This document shows positions 30,397-40,560 of a stretch of DNA of 64,000 nt, piece by piece (position 1 is the first letter of the stretch; every line of letters begins with the position of its first letter). Source of the DNA: Blautia sp. (GTDB taxonomy: Bacteria; Bacillota; Clostridia; Lachnospirales; Lachnospiraceae). The notes under the pieces are model-generated. The model worked only from the letters and a program-made list of their open reading frames with translations, searched no databases and was not told the origin of the DNA. The stretch is from NCBI GenBank assembly GCA_022770365.1, contig JALEHU010000068.1, positions 413 to 64,412 on the forward strand, written 5' to 3'. The translations under genes and the position numbers were made by a program.

Positions 30397-31314
30397 TCAG
30401 CGGGTAAACTGAACAGTATAATTATTACCGTCGCCAATGTAGACCTGAATTTCTTTCTGGTCATCTGCGTTGGAATCGAAGGTGGGATCCATACGGTTCC
30501 ATGATTCTCCGTCAAAGGAGATTGCGTGATTTACCCATCCTCTGGAACGTATGTAAACATCAATCCATGCATGTTTGATATCACTGGTATATCCGATCTG
30601 CAGTTTGCAGGGAATATCCCGTGCTCGGAGCATGGCAGTCATAAGCGCGGCGTAATCAAAACAGATACCTGTACCGCTGCTTAAAGTTTCGTCAATATCA
30701 GGCAGATAGCCTGCTTCTATATTCTGTGCTTTTTCTTCATCGTAGGTGATGTTTGAGATTACATAATTGTAAACAGCATCAAGACCATCCAGATCAGAGG
30801 CATCGTCCGGGAGCATGGACTGAGCCAGGAGACAGGCTTCTGATTCCGGGGTAAAATCTACGTACTGGTTGGGATACAGGTAGGGAAGAAACGGATTTTC
30901 CAGAGATACTTCCAGCGTATGGCTGCAAAGGGCGGCGTATTTATTGCCGCTGACCTGCTGATAGCAGAGAATCTGATAGCTGCCTTCTCCTCCTGTGAAA
31001 GGAATGACGGCATCGGTTCCTTCGGATACGAAGTAAGTGTAGAGTATACCATCGGGGCCAGTCATCTGAATGTTGATACTGGAGGCGGATTCATTCGCCT
31101 GTGCAATCATATATCCCTGTTCTTTATTGGAAATATCCAGTGTCAGCGGCGGATTTCCAAGAACTTCTTTTCCATCGGCACTGGGAACCAGTACCTGGAG
31201 AGGGACATATACGGGAGGTTCATCGGAAGAAGTTTTTTTGGATCCGCACCCTGTAAGAAAGAACAGGAAAAAGATGAAAAGAAAAAGCGGACGGAAAAAT
31301 GGATGTTTTTTCAT
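30397..31314 (-). CDS. Transglutaminase-like domain lipoprotein
   Basis: Lipobox FLTGC; GICFDYA, HAWIDV, RMDPT (Cys-His-Asp triad). Confidence 0.85.
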   Translation of the reverse strand: MKKHPFFRPLFLFIFFLFFLTGCGSKKTSSDEPPVYVPLQVLVPSADGKEVLGNPPLTLDISNKEQGYMIAQANESASSINIQMTGPDGILYTYFVSEGTDAVIPFTGGEGSYQILCYQQVSGNKYAALCSHTLEVSLENPFLPYLYPNQYVDFTPESEACLLAQSMLPDDASDLDGLDAVYNYVISNITYDEEKAQNIEAGYLPDIDETLSSGTGICFDYAALMTAMLRARDIPCKLQIGYTSDIKHAWIDVYIRSRGWVNHAISFDGESWNRMDPTFDSNADDQKEIQVYIGDGNNYTVQFTR

Positions 31315-31514
31315 TTTGCCGCTCCTTCCTGTGGTAATGCTGTAAAACAGATGAGGCAGTCTTACGGATACTGTGCAATAAACCCGTTTTCCGCCACAAT
31401 CTAAGTATAGCAGATTTGTCATAAAATGAAAGAAAAATTAATATGGAATGCACGGAGGATACGGAATAGTCCTGCAGAAACACCCATTTTTCTTTGATTT
31501 TAAGAAGGAAATTG

Positions 31515-31544
31515 TTGACAAAATGGAAAATATGGGGGTATACT
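31515..31544 (+). promoter_or_regulatory. SigA promoter upstream of the riboswitch
   Basis: TTGACA-18 bp-TATACT, about 18 nt before the aptamer. Confidence 0.6.
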
Positions 31545-31562
31545 AAGACTATATAGAAATAA

Positions 31563-31637
31563 AAGGCAAACCTGTTGAAAGACAGGGACGCAAAGCCAGG
31601 GGTCTAAGGTCTTATGACTATGACAGCCGGTTGCCGC
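31563..31637 (+). ncRNA. c-di-GMP-I (GEMM-I) riboswitch aptamer
   Basis: GGCAAACCTGTT-GAAA-GACAGGGACGCAAAGCCAGGGGTCTAAGG...ATGACAGCCGGTTGCC matches the GEMM-I consensus (GNRA loop and receptor, GACGCAAAGC core). Confidence 0.9.
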
Positions 31638-31705
31638 ATTAAATTCCGATTTAGTGACGTAATTCAGGAATATATTTAGATGGGATTGTCCATCCGCCTG
31701 TGGTG

Positions 31706-31733
31706 ACCGTTTATACAGATAAACGGTTTTTTT
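31706..31733 (+). terminator. Intrinsic terminator in the riboswitch expression platform
   Basis: ACCGTTTAT-acag-ATAAACGGT followed by a T-tract, between aptamer and CDS. Confidence 0.75.
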
Positions 31734-31858
31734 ATTTGTGAAGGAATCTTAACGAAAAATACTCCACGGGGATGCAGACATATACATACTTATATTTCAA
31801 TACATTTTCATCAGGATGTCGGTTCCTGTATACGTCAATTTTTTCAGAAAGGATGTGT

Positions 31859-32839
31859 ATGGGAATGAAAAAGAAAATTGCGGAAATACTCAGAAGTAAG
31901 AAGTTTGCATGTGGTTTTGCTGCGGTTGCTCTCACAGTTATCATTGGAGGAACAGCGTTAGTACAGCAGTCAGTTCCGTCAGTGGAGCTGCCGGTATATG
32001 ATGCTGATCCGATCATGGAGGTATCTCTGGAAGAAGAGGAAACACCCCTCGCTTCCGTGCCTGCGACAACTACCAGGACAACTAAAAAAACATCCAGGAA
32101 GAATGTAAAACTTACAAAGGCTTCCACCAAAACCTACAGCAAAAAGCTTCCGACAACCACGAAAACAACTACAAAGACAACAAGCAGCAGCACGAAAAAG
32201 GTAACTACAAAGACTACCGTTGCCACAGCGAAAACTGAGAAATACACAAAGAAATCCAAGGTTAAAGTTGTAACCACAACAGTTACCACAACGGTCAAGA
32301 CTACTACCACAAAGCTCACGAGTACGGCAGCAACGGTGACCAAGACAGCTTCTTCAGCCACAACTGCTCCAAAAGGCAAGTATGAAGTGAGCCTGTCCAA
32401 GATAGCTCCGAAGGCAGACAGCAGAGTACTTTCTGCATTCCAGACTCTGGGATTTAAGGTATATGTGGATTCTTCCGTATCTTATTCAGGATTATTTGAT
32501 GCATCTGCAAGAAGTATTACACTGAAGTCAGAAGATGATATAATTTACCATGAGCTTGGCCATTTTCTTGCATTTATTGCCGGAAATGCGGATAAGACCA
32601 CAGATTTCAAAAATATATATTCAGCTGAGAAGAATCTGTATACAGGAGCGAATAAGGCATATGTGACTCAGAACAGTTCAGAGTACTTTGCTGAGTCTTT
32701 TAAGAATTATACGCAGAATGCGGGACTTCTTAAGAGTGCACGTCCAAAAACTTATTCTGCGATCAGCGCAGCTTTGAATAAGGTGACAACGGAACAGGTT
32801 ACAAAAGTTAAAAATGTTTATTCTATATTCTGGAAATAA
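31859..32839 (+). CDS. Exported zinc metallopeptidase of anthrax lethal factor / Pro-Pro endopeptidase type, with Thr/Lys-rich stalk
   Basis: N-terminal signal/TM; ~100 aa T/K-rich linker; IYHELGH, FKNIYSAEK, Y...NSSEYFAESF, LKSARPKTY. Confidence 0.75.
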   Translation: MGMKKKIAEILRSKKFACGFAAVALTVIIGGTALVQQSVPSVELPVYDADPIMEVSLEEEETPLASVPATTTRTTKKTSRKNVKLTKASTKTYSKKLPTTTKTTTKTTSSSTKKVTTKTTVATAKTEKYTKKSKVKVVTTTVTTTVKTTTTKLTSTAATVTKTASSATTAPKGKYEVSLSKIAPKADSRVLSAFQTLGFKVYVDSSVSYSGLFDASARSITLKSEDDIIYHELGHFLAFIAGNADKTTDFKNIYSAEKNLYTGANKAYVTQNSSEYFAESFKNYTQNAGLLKSARPKTYSAISAALNKVTTEQVTKVKNVYSIFWK

Positions 32840-33166
32840 ATCTTTTTATCGGTTTATACTGGCGGCATCTCTTGCGGATGCCGCTATTCTTCTCTTTATC
32901 TGGAAATTCCTTAGTGATTCTGGCAGGTCAATGTGTGGACAGATTGAAAAAAATGTGATAGAATACAGTTCAATAATACAACAGAACCGGAGACGCAGTG
33001 TGTTTCGTCTCTGTATCATACAATTTTGCCGCTGCATCAGGCAGTCCGGCATAGAAAAAGAAGAATCCGTCAGGGTTCTGATGTTCTTGTCTATTTCAGA
33101 CAGAGTATCCAGTAAATATTAAATTTGTTTTATATAGATAATAATATAGAAGGCTGAGGGAATTTT

Positions 33167-34651
33167 ATGAGAGAAAAGTACGAATCATTATCGTTGGCAG
33201 TCCTGAAAGATCTTGCCAAAGCCAGAGGTTTGAAGGGAATTTCTGCATTACGAAAACCCGACTTAATCGAGCGTATGCTTCAGGAAGATGAGAAAGAAGA
33301 AAAACAGAAAGGTATAACTGTAAAATCTGAAGAAAAGCCTGCTATAGTAAAATATACTGCGGATAAAACGCAGCAGGAGCGAAGCATATCAGAAAGAGAA
33401 CCCGGAGAAAATACGGAAAGAAGCGTACCTGAAAGAGCATTCCGTGAAAATACAGACACAGATTCTCAGGAAGAATCCAGAAGAAGCAGTGCTTACCGTG
33501 TTCCGGCAGAGACTGTACAGCTTGACAGTGGTGAAAAAGCTAACGGAATCCTTGAGGTCATGCCGGATGGTTTCGGGTTTATCCGATGTGAGAATTATCT
33601 TCCGGGAGAGAATGATGTATATGTGTCTCCCTCCCAGATCCGCAGATTTAATTTAAAGACCGGCGATATCATTCAGGGAAATATCCGAATTAAGACTCAG
33701 GGAGAGAAATTCAGCGCACTTTTATATCTGACATCTATCAATGGATTTCATCCAAGCGAGGGACAGAAACGATATAATTTCGAAGATATGACACCGATTT
33801 TTCCAAACGAACGTCTTGTAATGGAACGTCCGGGCGGAACCATGGCCATGAGAATCGTGGATCTGATAAGCCCGATCGGCAAGGGACAGCGAGGAATGAT
33901 CGTATCTCCGCCAAAGGCAGGTAAAACCACACTTTTGAAGGATGTGGCCAAATCTCTTCTCAGAAATAATCCGTCCATGCATCTGATCATCCTTTTGATC
34001 GATGAGCGCCCGGAGGAAGTTACCGATATTAAAGAAGCAATTCATGGACCGAATGTGGAAGTGATCTATTCTACATTTGATGAACTTCCGGAGCATCATA
34101 AACGTGTATCGGAGATGGTCGTGGAGCGTGCGCGCCGTCTTGTAGAACACAAAAAAGACGTGACAATTCTTCTGGATTCCATTACAAGACTTGCGAGGGC
34201 GTATAACCTGATCATTCCGCCCAGCGGCAGAACCCTGTCAGGCGGTCTCGATCCGGCTGCTCTCCATATGCCGAAGCGTTTCTTCGGTGCTGCCAGAAAC
34301 ATGCGTGAGGGCGGAAGTCTGACAATCCTGGCCACGGCTCTTGTGGATACCGGAAGCAAAATGGACGATGTTATCTACGAGGAGTTCAAAGGAACAGGCA
34401 ACATGGAGCTTGTGCTGGACCGCAAACTGCAGGAAAAACGTGTATTCCCGGCAATTGACATCCAGAAATCCGGTACGCGCCGTGAAGACCTTCTTCTCAG
34501 CCGTGATGAGCAGGAGGCAGTGTACAATATGCGCAGAGCTTTGAATGGTATGAAGCCTGATGAAGCAGTGGAGCAGATTCTGAACATGTTTTCCAGAACC
34601 CGCAGCAATGCGGAATTTGTTCAGATGGCTAAGAAACAGAAATTTTCATAA
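33167..34651 (+). CDS. rho: Transcription termination factor Rho
   Basis: [55 protein letters not shown]. Confidence 0.97.
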   Translation: MREKYESLSLAVLKDLAKARGLKGISALRKPDLIERMLQEDEKEEKQKGITVKSEEKPAIVKYTADKTQQERSISEREPGENTERSVPERAFRENTDTDSQEESRRSSAYRVPAETVQLDSGEKANGILEVMPDGFGFIRCENYLPGENDVYVSPSQIRRFNLKTGDIIQGNIRIKTQGEKFSALLYLTSINGFHPSEGQKRYNFEDMTPIFPNERLVMERPGGTMAMRIVDLISPIGKGQRGMIVSPPKAGKTTLLKDVAKSLLRNNPSMHLIILLIDERPEEVTDIKEAIHGPNVEVIYSTFDELPEHHKRVSEMVVERARRLVEHKKDVTILLDSITRLARAYNLIIPPSGRTLSGGLDPAALHMPKRFFGAARNMREGGSLTILATALVDTGSKMDDVIYEEFKGTGNMELVLDRKLQEKRVFPAIDIQKSGTRREDLLLSRDEQEAVYNMRRALNGMKPDEAVEQILNMFSRTRSNAEFVQMAKKQKFS

Positions 34652-34712
34652 ACAAGCAGAAAATGTTCCATCATTTTTTCTCAATGGGAAAACAGAAAAT
34701 TTCATAAACGGC

Positions 34713-34741
34713 TTGCATTTGACAGGTGAGTATGTTATAAT
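34713..34741 (+). promoter_or_regulatory. SigA promoter of rpmE
   Basis: TTGCAT-17 bp-TATAAT with a TG extension. Confidence 0.6.
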
Positions 34742-34816
34742 CAGAAAGCTGTTTAATAATGAATTCGTCAAATGAATACGAATAGAAAATACAATAACTA
34801 TAGAGAGGTGAAAATC

Positions 34817-35020
34817 ATGAGAGAAGGAATCCATCCGAATTATCATCAGGCAACTGTAACCTGCAACTGTGGTAACACATTCGTTACCGGTTCTACCAAA
34901 TCTGATATCCACGTAGAAATCTGCTCCAAGTGCCATCCGTTCTATACCGGCCAGCAGAAAGCAGCTCAGGCTCGCGGACGTATTGATAAGTTCAATAAGA
35001 AATACGGCTTGAATAAATAA
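34817..35020 (+). CDS. rpmE: 50S ribosomal protein L31 (zinc-binding type)
   Basis: [34 protein letters not shown]. Confidence 0.97.
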   Translation: MREGIHPNYHQATVTCNCGNTFVTGSTKSDIHVEICSKCHPFYTGQQKAAQARGRIDKFNKKYGLNK

Positions 35021-35045
35021 TCAGATAATTATAGAAGTAATGTGA

Positions 35046-35077
35046 AGGTTGAGGTTGGGAAATCTCAACCTTTCTTT
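35046..35077 (+). terminator. Intrinsic terminator after rpmE
   Basis: AAGGTTGAG...CTCAACCTT followed by TCTTT. Confidence 0.65.
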
Positions 35078-35124
35078 GCACTTGGGCAGAGATTACCGGC
35101 CCTTACAGAATTTAGGAGAATGAA

Positions 35125-36189
35125 ATGAAATCATCGAATATTGGTGGTCAGGCAGTCATGGAAGGTATCATGATGCGGCACCAGGACAAATATTCCATTG
35201 CTGTCCGCCGCCCTGACAACGGAATTGAGTTAAAGACGGAAGATTACAAGTGTATTTTCGGAAAAGCTGCTTTCTGGCGCAAGCCGATCATCCGCGGTGT
35301 GGTAAGCTTTGTGGATTCCCTTGTGATGGGAACAAAATGTCTGATGTATTCCGCTGAGATCGTGGGAGATGAGGAGGATGAGGATTACGCATCCAAAACA
35401 GCTCACCTTACTGAAGAACAGAAGGCTGCACAGAAAGAAAAAGAAGATAAACAGTTTAAATGGCTTCTGTATATAACAGTTGCCATATCCATTGTAGTTT
35501 CCATCGGAGCGTTTATGCTCCTTCCGTACGTACTTGCGAGTCTTTGCAGGAAGGTCGGTGCCTCTGAGTTTGTTGTCACTGTAGTGGAAGCCTTCGTGAA
35601 ACTGGCACTCTTTATGGGATATATGCTTCTGATTTCCAGAATGAAAGATATCCAGAGAACATTTATGTATCATGGAGCCGAGCATAAGTGCATTAATTGT
35701 GTGGAACACGGTCTGCCCCTTACTGTAGAGAATGTAATGAGCAGTTCCCGTCAGCATAAACGATGCGGAACCAGTTTTCTGTTTCTGGTTATGCTGGTGA
35801 GTATTGTGCTTCATTTTATATTTGTTCTGGTTCCGGTTTACTGGGTACGCCTTTTCGGACGTCTTCTGATGGTCCCGGTAGTATCCGGAATTTCCTTTGA
35901 GATTATCCAGTGGGCAGGCAGGACGGACAGCAAATTTGCGGATATTATGAGCAAACCGGGACTTGCCATGCAGAAACTGACGACGAAAGAACCGACGCCG
36001 GATATGGTGGAGGTTGCAATTAAGGCCGTAGAAGCGGTATTTGACTGGAAAGCCTATCTGAAAGAAGAATTTGGTGTGGAAGTGGAAGAGGAAGAAGTGT
36101 ATTCAGCTGAACACCAGACAGAAGAAATATTAGCAGCCGGCATTTCAGAATCAGCCGTTACAGGGGAAGCAGTCCATGACAGCATTTAG
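35125..36189 (+). CDS. DUF1385 domain membrane protein
   Basis: IGGQAVMEGIMM, YHGAEHKCINC, HKRCGTSFL, QKLTTKEP; usual position between rpmE and prmC. Confidence 0.9.
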   Translation: MKSSNIGGQAVMEGIMMRHQDKYSIAVRRPDNGIELKTEDYKCIFGKAAFWRKPIIRGVVSFVDSLVMGTKCLMYSAEIVGDEEDEDYASKTAHLTEEQKAAQKEKEDKQFKWLLYITVAISIVVSIGAFMLLPYVLASLCRKVGASEFVVTVVEAFVKLALFMGYMLLISRMKDIQRTFMYHGAEHKCINCVEHGLPLTVENVMSSSRQHKRCGTSFLFLVMLVSIVLHFIFVLVPVYWVRLFGRLLMVPVVSGISFEIIQWAGRTDSKFADIMSKPGLAMQKLTTKEPTPDMVEVAIKAVEAVFDWKAYLKEEFGVEVEEEEVYSAEHQTEEILAAGISESAVTGEAVHDSI

Positions 36190-37084
36190 AACGCTTCTTC
36201 AAGAGGGAACAGATATCCTGAGAAATGCCGGAATCGGGGAAGCCGGGCTGGATGCCTGGCTCCTTCTGGAATATGCCAGCGGCAAAAGCCGTGCCTGGTA
36301 TTATGCCCACGATAAGGAGGAAGCAGATCCGGAGATAAGGGAAGTTTATCTGGACGCCTGCCGCAAACGTGCAGAGCATGTGCCGCTGCAGCATCTGACT
36401 CACAAAGCATATTTTATGGAATATGAGTTTTATGTGGACAGGAATGTTCTGATTCCCAGACAGGATACGGAAACATTGGTAGAACATGCGCGCAGCATCC
36501 TGAAAACGAGGACCGGTTCCAGGATTCTGGATATGTGTACGGGATCCGGCTGCATCCTCATCAGTCTTCTGGCAGACAAAGAAGACAGTTTCGGAACAGG
36601 TACGGACATTTCGCCGGGGGCACTTGAAATTGCCAGGCGTAATGCACAGAGTATCGGTGTGGCGGACAGAGCAGTGTTTGCAGAAAGTGATTTGTTTTCA
36701 GGTGATGTTTTTCAGAAAAAAGATGGAAAAGAACCTGAAAAGTATGATATGCTTATTTCAAATCCTCCTTATATCCCTACGGAAGAAATCAGGGGACTTA
36801 TGGAGGAAGTAAGACTTCATGATCCGGTTCTTGCATTGGACGGGAGAGAAGACGGACTGTATTTTTACCGTGCGATTACCCATGGAGCCGGTCAGTATCT
36901 GAAGTGTGGAGGATGGCTCCTTTATGAGATCGGCTGTGATCAGGGAGCGGATGTAGCCGCGCTGATGATACAGGAAGGCTTTGTATCGGTAGATGTAAAG
37001 CAGGACCTGACAGGTCATGACAGGGTGGTCATGGGACAAAAACCGCCCGGAGTTTTTTTACATCAGGAGGATGAACATGTTTGA
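36176..37084 (+). CDS. prmC: Release factor glutamine methyltransferase
   Basis: [34 protein letters not shown]; upstream of prfA. Confidence 0.95.
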   Translation: MTAFRTLLQEGTDILRNAGIGEAGLDAWLLLEYASGKSRAWYYAHDKEEADPEIREVYLDACRKRAEHVPLQHLTHKAYFMEYEFYVDRNVLIPRQDTETLVEHARSILKTRTGSRILDMCTGSGCILISLLADKEDSFGTGTDISPGALEIARRNAQSIGVADRAVFAESDLFSGDVFQKKDGKEPEKYDMLISNPPYIPTEEIRGLMEEVRLHDPVLALDGREDGLYFYRAITHGAGQYLKCGGWLLYEIGCDQGADVAALMIQEGFVSVDVKQDLTGHDRVVMGQKPPGVFLHQEDEHV

Positions 37085-38153
37085 TAAATTGGAAGATCTG
37101 CTTATCCGCTTCGATGAAGTATTGAATGAACTGGGAGAGCCGGGAGTTACCGACAACCCGGAACACTTCCAGAAGCTGATGAAAGAGCAGAGCGAACTGC
37201 AGCCCATTGTGGATGCATACAAAGAATACAAGAATTGTAAAGAAACCATCCAGGACAGTCTTTCCATGCTGGAAGAGGAGAAGGATGAGGAAATGCGCGA
37301 GATGCTCAAGGAAGAGCTTTCTGAGGCCAGAAAACGCGTGGAGGAACTGGAACGGGAGATCAAGATCCTGCTTCTGCCAAAGGATCCGAACGATAACAAG
37401 AACGTTATTGTGGAAATCCGTGCGGGGGCAGGCGGAGATGAGGCGGCTCTTTTTGCAGCAGAGATTTACCGTATGTATGTAAAATACGCAGAATCCCTTC
37501 GCTGGAAGACGGAGATGATGAGCCTGAACGAAAACGGAATCGGCGGTTTTAAGGAAGTAACATTTATGATCACCGGTAATGGTGCTTATTCCCGCCTGAA
37601 ATATGAGAGCGGTGTGCATCGCGTGCAGCGTGTTCCGGAGACCGAATCCGGCGGAAGAATTCACACATCGACCTGTACAGTGGCAATCATGCCTGAAGCG
37701 GAAGAGATTGATTTCCAGCTGGATCTCAATGACTGCAAATTTGATGTGTTCCGTGCATCCGGCAATGGCGGACAGTGTGTCAATACCACAGACTCTGCCG
37801 TACGCCTGACTCATATTCCTACAGGAATCGTGATTTCCTGCCAGGATGAGAAGTCACAGCTTAAGAACAAGGACAAAGCATTGAAGGTGCTCCGATCCCG
37901 TCTTTATGAGATGGAGCTGGCCAAGCAGCATGATGCTGAGGCAGAAGCCAGAAGAAGCCAGATCGGTACCGGAGACCGTTCAGAGAAGATCAGAACCTAT
38001 AATTTCCCCCAAGGACGTGTGACAGACCACAGGATCAAGCTGACGCTTCATCGGCTGGAAAGTGTGCTGAACGGTGACCTCACAGAAATTATTGACAGTC
38101 TGATCGCAGCTGATCAGGCTGCAAAATTAAGTAATCTCCAGAATGACAACTGA
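37077..38153 (+). CDS. prfA: Peptide chain release factor 1
   Basis: [23 protein letters not shown] (PxT), [12 protein letters not shown]. Confidence 0.97.
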   Translation: MFDKLEDLLIRFDEVLNELGEPGVTDNPEHFQKLMKEQSELQPIVDAYKEYKNCKETIQDSLSMLEEEKDEEMREMLKEELSEARKRVEELEREIKILLLPKDPNDNKNVIVEIRAGAGGDEAALFAAEIYRMYVKYAESLRWKTEMMSLNENGIGGFKEVTFMITGNGAYSRLKYESGVHRVQRVPETESGGRIHTSTCTVAIMPEAEEIDFQLDLNDCKFDVFRASGNGGQCVNTTDSAVRLTHIPTGIVISCQDEKSQLKNKDKALKVLRSRLYEMELAKQHDAEAEARRSQIGTGDRSEKIRTYNFPQGRVTDHRIKLTLHRLESVLNGDLTEIIDSLIAADQAAKLSNLQNDN

Positions 38154-38209
38154 GGAATCTGACTGATTTATTAAATTGTGCATATATATGAAATAAGAAA
38201 GGGAAGAAA

Positions 38210-39133
38210 ATGAAAAAAACAGCACTTGTGATCATGGCGGCAGGCATTGGAAGCCGCTTTGGGAAAGGTATCAAACAGTTGGCACCGGTAGGACCGAATG
38301 GAGAAATTATCATGGATTATTCTATTCATGATGCACTGGAAGCAGGTTTCAACAAGGTTGTATTTATCATCCGCAAAGATATCGAGGAAGAATTCCGCAG
38401 CGTGATCGGAAACAGAATCGAAAAAATTACAGAAGTTGCTTATGCATTTCAGGCACTGGAAGATCTTCCGGAAGGATTTTCCGCTCCTGCGGAACGTACG
38501 AAACCCTGGGGAACCGGACAGGCAGTTCTGGCAGCTAAAAAAGTACTGGATGAGCCTTTTGCGGTGATCAATGCAGATGATTACTATGGAAAAGCAGCCT
38601 ATAGAATCGTACATGACTATCTTGTACAGGAACAGCCCCAGGATGATCTGCTCCATATTTGTATGGCAGGCTTCCGTCTGGGAAATACGCTCAGTGATAA
38701 CGGAAGTGTAACAAGAGGAATTTGCCATGTGGAAGATGGTGCTCTGACCGGAGTTACTGAAACACATGATATTTTTAAGACTGCTGCCGGTGCAGAAACA
38801 CGCAGCGAGGATGGTACAGTTACTCCTCTGGATACCAGAAGTCTTGTGTCCATGAATATGTGGGGACTGACACCTGCATTTATGGATACCCTTGAAAACG
38901 GGTTTGTGGAATTCTTAAGTGATCTGGCACCGGAAGATATTAAGAAAGAGTATCTTCTTCCGGAAATGATTGATCGCCTGATCAAGGCCGGAACTGCAAA
39001 AGTTGATGTACTTGAGACGAAGGATACCTGGTTTGGCGTAACTTATCAGGAAGATAAGGAATCTGTGATGGCAGCGTTCCGTAACCTGGTTTCAGAGGGC
39101 GTTTATCCGGCAGACCTTTACGCAAAAGACTGA
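38210..39133 (+). CDS. Sugar-phosphate nucleotidyltransferase family protein
   Basis: MAAGIGSRFG..KQL, KPWGTGQA, INADDYYG. Confidence 0.88.
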   Translation: MKKTALVIMAAGIGSRFGKGIKQLAPVGPNGEIIMDYSIHDALEAGFNKVVFIIRKDIEEEFRSVIGNRIEKITEVAYAFQALEDLPEGFSAPAERTKPWGTGQAVLAAKKVLDEPFAVINADDYYGKAAYRIVHDYLVQEQPQDDLLHICMAGFRLGNTLSDNGSVTRGICHVEDGALTGVTETHDIFKTAAGAETRSEDGTVTPLDTRSLVSMNMWGLTPAFMDTLENGFVEFLSDLAPEDIKKEYLLPEMIDRLIKAGTAKVDVLETKDTWFGVTYQEDKESVMAAFRNLVSEGVYPADLYAKD

Positions 39134-39200
39134 CAACATTAAGCCTGCTGTGAATAAAACAGCAGTATCGCAAGTGAATCAGGCAGGTAAGGAGATTATT

Positions 39201-40547
39201 ATGGGAAAATATTTTGGAACAGACGGCTTCCGCGGTGAAGCAAATGTAAAACTGACAGTGGATCATGCATTTAAAGTAGGACGTTATGTGGGCTGGTATT
39301 ATGGCCGTGACCACAAAGCCAAGATCGTTATCGGCAAAGATACCAGAAGAAGCAGCTATATGTTTGAATATGCTCTGGTAGCCGGACTGACAGCATCCGG
39401 AGCAGATGCTTATCTGCTTCATGTTACGACAACACCAAGTGTATCTTATGCTGTAAGAACCGAAGATTTTGACTGCGGAATCATGATTTCCGCCAGCCAT
39501 AATCCGTTTTATGACAACGGAATCAAGCTCCTGAACGGAAATGGACAGAAGATTGAGGCTTCCATCGAAGAACGGATCGAGGCATATCTGGATGGTGACA
39601 TTGAAGAACTGCCTCTTGCGACAAAAGAGGATATCGGAAGGACAATTGACTTTGCCTCCGGACGCAACCGTTATATCGGATATCTGATTTCCATTCCCAG
39701 CCGTGATTTTAAGAACATCAAGGTTGGTCTGGACTGTGCGAACGGAAGCTCTTCTGCAATTGCCAAGAGTGTTTTTGATGCATTGAGAGCAAAAACCTAT
39801 GTGATCAATAACAATCCGGACGGAACGAACATCAATACCAACTGCGGATCCACGCATATCGAAGTGCTTCAGAGATATGTGGTAGATAACGGACTGGATA
39901 TCGGCTTTGCCTATGATGGTGATGCCGACCGCTGTATTGCTGTGGATCATAGAGGAAATATCATTGACGGAGACAAGATCATGTATGTCTGCGGCAAGTA
40001 TCTGATGGAAAAAGGCAAGCTCAACGGCAATACTGTTGTAACGACGGTTATGTCCAATCTGGGACTTTACAAAGCTCTTGACAGAGAAGGCATGCGCTAT
40101 GAGCAGACTGCTGTAGGTGATAAATATGTGGCAGAGAATATGCTGGAAAATAATTACAGTATCGGCGGTGAGCAGTCCGGGCATATTATCTTCAGCCGTT
40201 ATGCCGCAACCGGTGACGGAATTCTGACTTCTCTCATGCTCATGGAAACCTGTGTTGAGAAAAAAAGCACACTCTGTGATCTTGCAAAAGAAATGAAAGT
40301 TTATCCGCAGCTTCTGCGTAATGTGCGTGTCGCAGACAAAAAAGAAGCCAGAGAAAATCCGGCTGTTGTGGCAGCTGTGAATGCAGCCGCAGAAGCACTG
40401 GGTGATGACGGACGTATTCTGGTAAGAGAGAGCGGCACAGAACCGGTGATCCGTGTCATGGTGGAAGCCGGTACTGATGACATCTGCCGTGAGCATGTGG
40501 AAAATGTAATCAGAGTAATGGAAGCTGAAGGGCTGGTTGTAGAATAA
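39201..40547 (+). CDS. glmM: Phosphoglucosamine mutase
   Basis: KYFGTDGFRG, MISASHNP, DGDADR, GGEQSGH, RESGTEPVIRVMVE. Confidence 0.95.
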   Translation: MGKYFGTDGFRGEANVKLTVDHAFKVGRYVGWYYGRDHKAKIVIGKDTRRSSYMFEYALVAGLTASGADAYLLHVTTTPSVSYAVRTEDFDCGIMISASHNPFYDNGIKLLNGNGQKIEASIEERIEAYLDGDIEELPLATKEDIGRTIDFASGRNRYIGYLISIPSRDFKNIKVGLDCANGSSSAIAKSVFDALRAKTYVINNNPDGTNINTNCGSTHIEVLQRYVVDNGLDIGFAYDGDADRCIAVDHRGNIIDGDKIMYVCGKYLMEKGKLNGNTVVTTVMSNLGLYKALDREGMRYEQTAVGDKYVAENMLENNYSIGGEQSGHIIFSRYAATGDGILTSLMLMETCVEKKSTLCDLAKEMKVYPQLLRNVRVADKKEARENPAVVAAVNAAAEALGDDGRILVRESGTEPVIRVMVEAGTDDICREHVENVIRVMEAEGLVVE

Positions 40548-40560
40548 AATAAGGGAACAC

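Noticed and set aside
32060-32370. ACA/ACC/AAG-rich low-complexity DNA considered as a repeat array
   Set aside because: It simply encodes the Thr/Lys-rich stalk and has no fixed repeat unit
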